This document shows, one piece after another, positions 60,012 to 64,000 of a stretch of 64,000 nucleotides of DNA (the first letter of the stretch is position 1; the number at the start of each line of letters is the position of its first letter). A program made the position numbers and the translations under genes. Source of the stretch: Dehalococcoidia bacterium (lineage in GTDB: Bacteria; Chloroflexota; Dehalococcoidia; UBA2979); the NCBI GenBank assembly GCA_965262725.1, contig OZ253555.1:2592001-2656000 (forward strand), in the 5' to 3' direction. The notes under the pieces were generated by a model. The model saw nothing but the letters and a program-made list of their open reading frames with translations, was not told the origin of the DNA and ran no database searches.

Positions 60012-60656
60012 ATGCTCGAGGCACTCCACGACTGGCTGACGGCGTGGGCCGATAGCCCGGCCGGGCCCGCTGCGCTCGGCCTCCTCTCCGCGGCCGAGGC
60101 CATCTTTTTCCCGCTGCCACCCGATCCGTTGCTGATAGCGCTGGCCCTTGCCCATCCCGAACGCGCGCTTCTCTACGGAGCGCTAACGACCTCGGCATCG
60201 GTTGCCGGCGGCCTGATCGGACACTGGGTCGGGATGCGGTTCGGGCGGCCCCTACTGCAGCGCCATCAACGACGGAGCACCGAGCGAGTCGAGCAGCTCT
60301 TCCGGAGACACGGCGTCTGGGCCGTCGTGCTCGCGGGCTTCACGCCGCTCCCTTTCAAGCTGTTCACGATCTCGGCCGGAGTGCTCGGCATGCCGCGAGC
60401 GCCCTTCCTGCTCGCATCTGCCGTCGGGCGCGCGGGGCGCTTCATGCTGATCAGCGTGCTGATCTTCCTCTGGGGCGACAACTTCCGGGACTTCCTCGAT
60501 GATCGCTTCGACCTCATGATGTGGGCAATCGGCCTATCGATGCTCGGCGTTCTGGCGGTCTGGGTGGTGGTATCACGGCGCCGAAAGGCCCGTCGCCCTC
60601 CCGAGAACACAACCGAGGGCGCGGGCGACGACCTCGAGCGGAAGAGAGGCGAATGA
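60012..60656 (+). CDS. DedA/YqaA-family membrane protein
   Basis: EAIFFPLPPD, GFTPLPFKLFTI, GRAGRF. Confidence 0.92.
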   Translation: MLEALHDWLTAWADSPAGPAALGLLSAAEAIFFPLPPDPLLIALALAHPERALLYGALTTSASVAGGLIGHWVGMRFGRPLLQRHQRRSTERVEQLFRRHGVWAVVLAGFTPLPFKLFTISAGVLGMPRAPFLLASAVGRAGRFMLISVLIFLWGDNFRDFLDDRFDLMMWAIGLSMLGVLAVWVVVSRRRKARRPPENTTEGAGDDLERKRGE

Positions 60657-60812
60657 GAGTACCCTGATGAGCGGGCGGCCGGAGGCCCGGCCGTGTCCGG
60701 CGACCCCCCGCCGCCGCCGCCACGATCCGCCAGTGGGCCCCTCCGTGTTCCTGATTTCCGCCATGGTCGTTACCATCACTCTCTGGCAACGCCGCGGGAC
60801 GGGAGAACACAC

Positions 60813-61799
60813 ATGGCTGACAGCCCCGGTACCGTCCCCGACAGTTCCCCTCCGAACGACTCGTCGGGCACAGACCGGCCTCATGATGCTCCCCACCCCG
60901 CGCTTCGCGCGCACGCGGAGATCGGCGAGCTGCGCGACCCGCTGTTCCTCGCCGCATTCGGCGGCTTCAGCGATCCGCAGGGAGCCGCGGCCGCAGCCAT
61001 CGACTACTTCGCGGAGCAATGGGACGCGCGGCCCCTCGCCGACATCGATCCCGAATCGTTCTACGACTTCACCGTCCAGAGACCCCGGGTCCGCCTCGAG
61101 GAGGGACTGCGCGTCATCGACTGGCCGCAGAACCGGTTCCTCGTTGCCTCCCCCGACGGCGCCGGACGCGACGTGGTCCTGCTCCGCGGTGCGGAGCCCC
61201 ACCTGCGCTGGCGCACCTTCGCGGAGGCTGTGGGCGCGCTGCTGGAGGCAGTCGGCAGTACGGAGAGCCTGACCCTGGGCGCCCAGCCGGCAGCCGTCCC
61301 GCACACCCGGCCGCTCCCTGTGACGCTCTCGGCCTCCGACCCGGCCTTCGAGGAGCGATTCGGGCTGAAGGCGCCCGGCTCCCGTTACCAGGGGCAGACC
61401 GGGATCGTCGGCGTGCTCAACCTGCACCTGCGGGCACGAGGTTGGCGCAATGCCAGCCTGTGGGCGCTGGCCCCTCACTACCTGACGATCGGTCCGAACC
61501 CCGCCGTGAGCCTCGCATTGGCGTCGCTCGTCGATCGGGGATACGGCACCTCCACCGGTCGCGACCCGCTCGAGAAGCAAATGGCCGAGTTTGACGAACA
61601 GGTGCAGCAGGCGCTCGCGCAGTCGAGCGAGGCCGCGGCTTATGTCAGCCAGCTGGAAGAGCAGTACGACGCCAACCGGCCGGCCGGCGCGCTTACACCT
61701 GAGACGGAGGCGACGGAGGGCAGCTCGGAGCTGCCCTCGACGTCTGACCTGCTCGACGACCTTGAGAGCTTCCTGCGCCAGCGCCGGGATAGCGGCTAG
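60813..61799 (+). CDS. PAC2-family (proteasome assembly chaperone-like) protein
   Basis: FYDFTVQRP, EPHLRW, PHTRP, YQGQTGIVG, APHY. Confidence 0.9.
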   Translation: MADSPGTVPDSSPPNDSSGTDRPHDAPHPALRAHAEIGELRDPLFLAAFGGFSDPQGAAAAAIDYFAEQWDARPLADIDPESFYDFTVQRPRVRLEEGLRVIDWPQNRFLVASPDGAGRDVVLLRGAEPHLRWRTFAEAVGALLEAVGSTESLTLGAQPAAVPHTRPLPVTLSASDPAFEERFGLKAPGSRYQGQTGIVGVLNLHLRARGWRNASLWALAPHYLTIGPNPAVSLALASLVDRGYGTSTGRDPLEKQMAEFDEQVQQALAQSSEAAAYVSQLEEQYDANRPAGALTPETEATEGSSELPSTSDLLDDLESFLRQRRDSG

Positions 61800-61849
61800 C
61801 CCGGCGCCCGCGCGCGTGCTCTTTCCGCAGTCGGCCTGGACGGATACTC

Positions 61850-63049
61850 CTATGCGGCGGTGAGCGGCAGCGTCGTGAGACCGCGCAGCAGAAGAGTCCC
61901 GCCACGTTCCGCGGCTCCCGCTCCGGCACCGATCGATGCATAGCGGTCGAGCAGCGCCGTGAACGCGATCTCCGCCTCGAGCCGGGCGAGCGGCGCCCCG
62001 AGGCAGAAATGCGGGCCCAGTCCGAAGGAGAGATGCCGGTTCGGCTGCCGCGCGGCCACGAACTCGGCCGGCCTGTCGAACTGCTCCGGGTCATGGTTGG
62101 CAGCGCCGAGCATGACGAGGAGCAGTTCGCCCCGCTCTACCGGCCGTTCCCCGACGCGCGTCCCCGCGGTCGCGACCCGCACCACCGCCTGCACGGGGGA
62201 GTCGAAGCGCAGCATCTCCTCCACGACGAGCGACGTGATCGACGGATCGACACGCATGCGGTTCGCTACCTCCGGACGATCCACCAGCGCGAGCATCCCG
62301 TTGCCAATCCAGTTCGTTGTCGTCTCCTGCCCCGCCACGAGCAGCAGGATGGCGAACGCGAGGATCTCATCGGTGGTGAGCTCCTCGGCCTCCCGCGCCG
62401 CGACCAGGGCGGAGATCAGATCGGCGCGTGGCGCGGTCCGGCGCTCCTCGACGAATCCCCGGAAGTAGTCCACCAGCTCGAGCGTCGTCGCACGCGCCGC
62501 TGCAATGGCCGCCTCGGAGTTCACGAGCTCGGTGGTCGCTGCGATGGCGCTCGACCAGTGCGCGAAGCGGTCGCGATCGTCGGGCGGCACACCCAGCAGC
62601 TCGGCGATGACGATCACCGGCAGCGGGCGCGCGAAGGCGGCCATCAGGTCGAACTCACCGCGCTCCGGAGCGGAGGCGAGCAGCTCGCACGCGACCTCCT
62701 CGATCCGCGGCCGCAACGCCGCGACACGGCGGGGCGTGAACGCGCGACTGAGGATTCCGCGCATCCGCGTGTGTGCCGGCGGATCGACGGTGAGCAGCGT
62801 GCGCACGTCGCCGAGAGGCGACGCGGCTCTCTGCTCGCGAACCAGCGCGCCGACCCGCCCGCCGGCCTGCTGCGTGTCCGACGAGAAGGTCGCCGGATCG
62901 CGCAGAACCGCCAGGCAGTCCTCGTAGCGAGTCAGGATCCAGGCCTGCAGGGCGCCGCTGCGATGGACGGGCTCCTCGCCGCGCAGCCTGCCGTACTGGA
63001 TATAGGGATTCCTCTTGAAGGACTCTACGAACGGGTTGAAGACGACCAT
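61850..63049 (-). CDS. Cytochrome P450
   Basis: DPPAHTR, AGQETT, EMLR, FGLGPHFCLG. Confidence 0.95.
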   Translation of the reverse strand: MVVFNPFVESFKRNPYIQYGRLRGEEPVHRSGALQAWILTRYEDCLAVLRDPATFSSDTQQAGGRVGALVREQRAASPLGDVRTLLTVDPPAHTRMRGILSRAFTPRRVAALRPRIEEVACELLASAPERGEFDLMAAFARPLPVIVIAELLGVPPDDRDRFAHWSSAIAATTELVNSEAAIAAARATTLELVDYFRGFVEERRTAPRADLISALVAAREAEELTTDEILAFAILLLVAGQETTTNWIGNGMLALVDRPEVANRMRVDPSITSLVVEEMLRFDSPVQAVVRVATAGTRVGERPVERGELLLVMLGAANHDPEQFDRPAEFVAARQPNRHLSFGLGPHFCLGAPLARLEAEIAFTALLDRYASIGAGAGAAERGGTLLLRGLTTLPLTAA

Positions 63050-63159
63050 CAGCACGATCGTACCGTGACGCCGAGGCGGAGCGCAGGCCCACAACGGAGA
63101 TCCGCCCCCCTGATATCGTTCGAAGGACAGCAGCGAGAGCTCCACGATCGGCTGGTGCA

Positions 63160-64000
63160 GTGGCTACCGCCTACGACCTCGAACGGGCGCCACGGCCGCC
63201 TGCGGGGCAGTGGCAACGCACGCTACCGCTCGCCGGAACCATGGCCGGCCTCTGGCTGCGCTGGCGCTGGCTGCGCATTCAGCGTCGCCTCCTCGGGCAC
63301 GAGCGGATGGACGGAGCAACGCGCCGCTTCCACCAGGCAGCGGCACTGGCCGTGGTGCGGCGGGCCCTCAAGCAGCAGGGGCTCGTCGTCAAGATTTGCC
63401 AGTTCCTGGGGAGTCGCGCGGACATCCTGATGGACGAGTACGTGCGCACGCTCTCGCTCGTCCATGACCAGGTTCCGCCGCGGCCGTGGCCCGAGATGCG
63501 GCCGCTGATCGAGCGTGAGCTGGGGGGCTCGATCGCGGAGCTCTACGGGGAATTCGACCCCCGGCCGGTCGCCGCGGCCTCGCTCGCGCAGGTCTACCGC
63601 GCCAGGCTCCACGACGGAACCGCGGTTGCCGTCAAGGTCCAGTACCCGGGAATCGACCAGATCGTGCAGGACGACCTCAGGGCGCTGCGCATGCTGGTCG
63701 ACCTCTGGGCACGCATCGAGAAGATCATCGACTTCCGCCCCGTCGTGGACGAGATGGAGCGAACCGCGCCCGAGGAGGTCGACTTCATCCACGAGGGACG
63801 GTCGGCAGAGCGGATTGGTGCGCTGCTAGCGGACCGCGACGACGTGATAGTGCCGGGCATCTACTGGGAGCGCACGTCGCGCCGGGTGCTGACGATGGAC
63901 TACATCGACGGCATCCGGATCGCTGACGTCGAGGCGCAGCGGGCGGCCAGCGTCCACACTCCACAGGTCGCCGCGTCGCTGATCGATCTCTACAACACCA
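63160..64000 (+). CDS. ABC1/AarF/UbiB-family kinase, runs off the window
   Basis: Manual translation: VKICQFLGSRAD, AAASLAQVYRA, VAVKVQYP, EEVDF..EG, LTMDYIDG. Confidence 0.9.
   Translation, partial: MATAYDLERAPRPPAGQWQRTLPLAGTMAGLWLRWRWLRIQRRLLGHERMDGATRRFHQAAALAVVRRALKQQGLVVKICQFLGSRADILMDEYVRTLSLVHDQVPPRPWPEMRPLIERELGGSIAELYGEFDPRPVAAASLAQVYRARLHDGTAVAVKVQYPGIDQIVQDDLRALRMLVDLWARIEKIIDFRPVVDEMERTAPEEVDFIHEGRSAERIGALLADRDDVIVPGIYWERTSRRVLTMDYIDGIRIADVEAQRAASVHTPQVAASLIDLYNT

Overview
GC-rich (~70% by eye) bacterial DNA. The gene content (PAC2, Eis, ACT-malic enzyme, CAP protein, this type of conjugation module) suggests Chloroflexota/Dehalococcoidia, but that is inference. There are four parts. 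(1) 1-38.3 kb is a mosaic island ending at tRNA-Glu(CTC). It holds nested IS21, IS-end and group II intron insertions, a SIR2-STAND-TPR defence gene, five tRNA-Arg 3' fragments marking stacked integrative elements, two tyrosine integrases and an MmeI-like R-M enzyme. It also holds a compact ICE (VirB6/VirB2/PrgI/VirB4, primase, VirD4-like ATPase, tandem Replic_Relax protein, Xis/Int), an MNT-HEPN toxin-antitoxin pair and many deletion-derived gene chimeras. (2) 38.4-47.9 kb is core-like: amidase, Mo-oxidoreductases, methyltransferase, tRNA-Glu(TTC), malic enzyme, lspA-rluA-gltX. (3) 47.9-59.85 kb is a second island at tRNA-Gln(CTG) with lipid/sterol-type cargo (LppX+MFS, Rieske oxygenase, MMPL, GPP34-P450 fusion) and IS256. 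(4) 60-64 kb is core-like: DedA, PAC2, P450, ABC1 kinase. The best candidates for undescribed biology are a promoter-small structured RNA-terminator leader in front of a NYN RNase (type III TA-like layout), an ICE with a duplicated PD-(D/E)XK-type relaxase, a group II intron with GAGCG...AA ends homing into an IS terminal repeat, and an element end placed exactly 42 nt from two different tRNA 3' ends. All family calls are by motif recognition; no database search was run.
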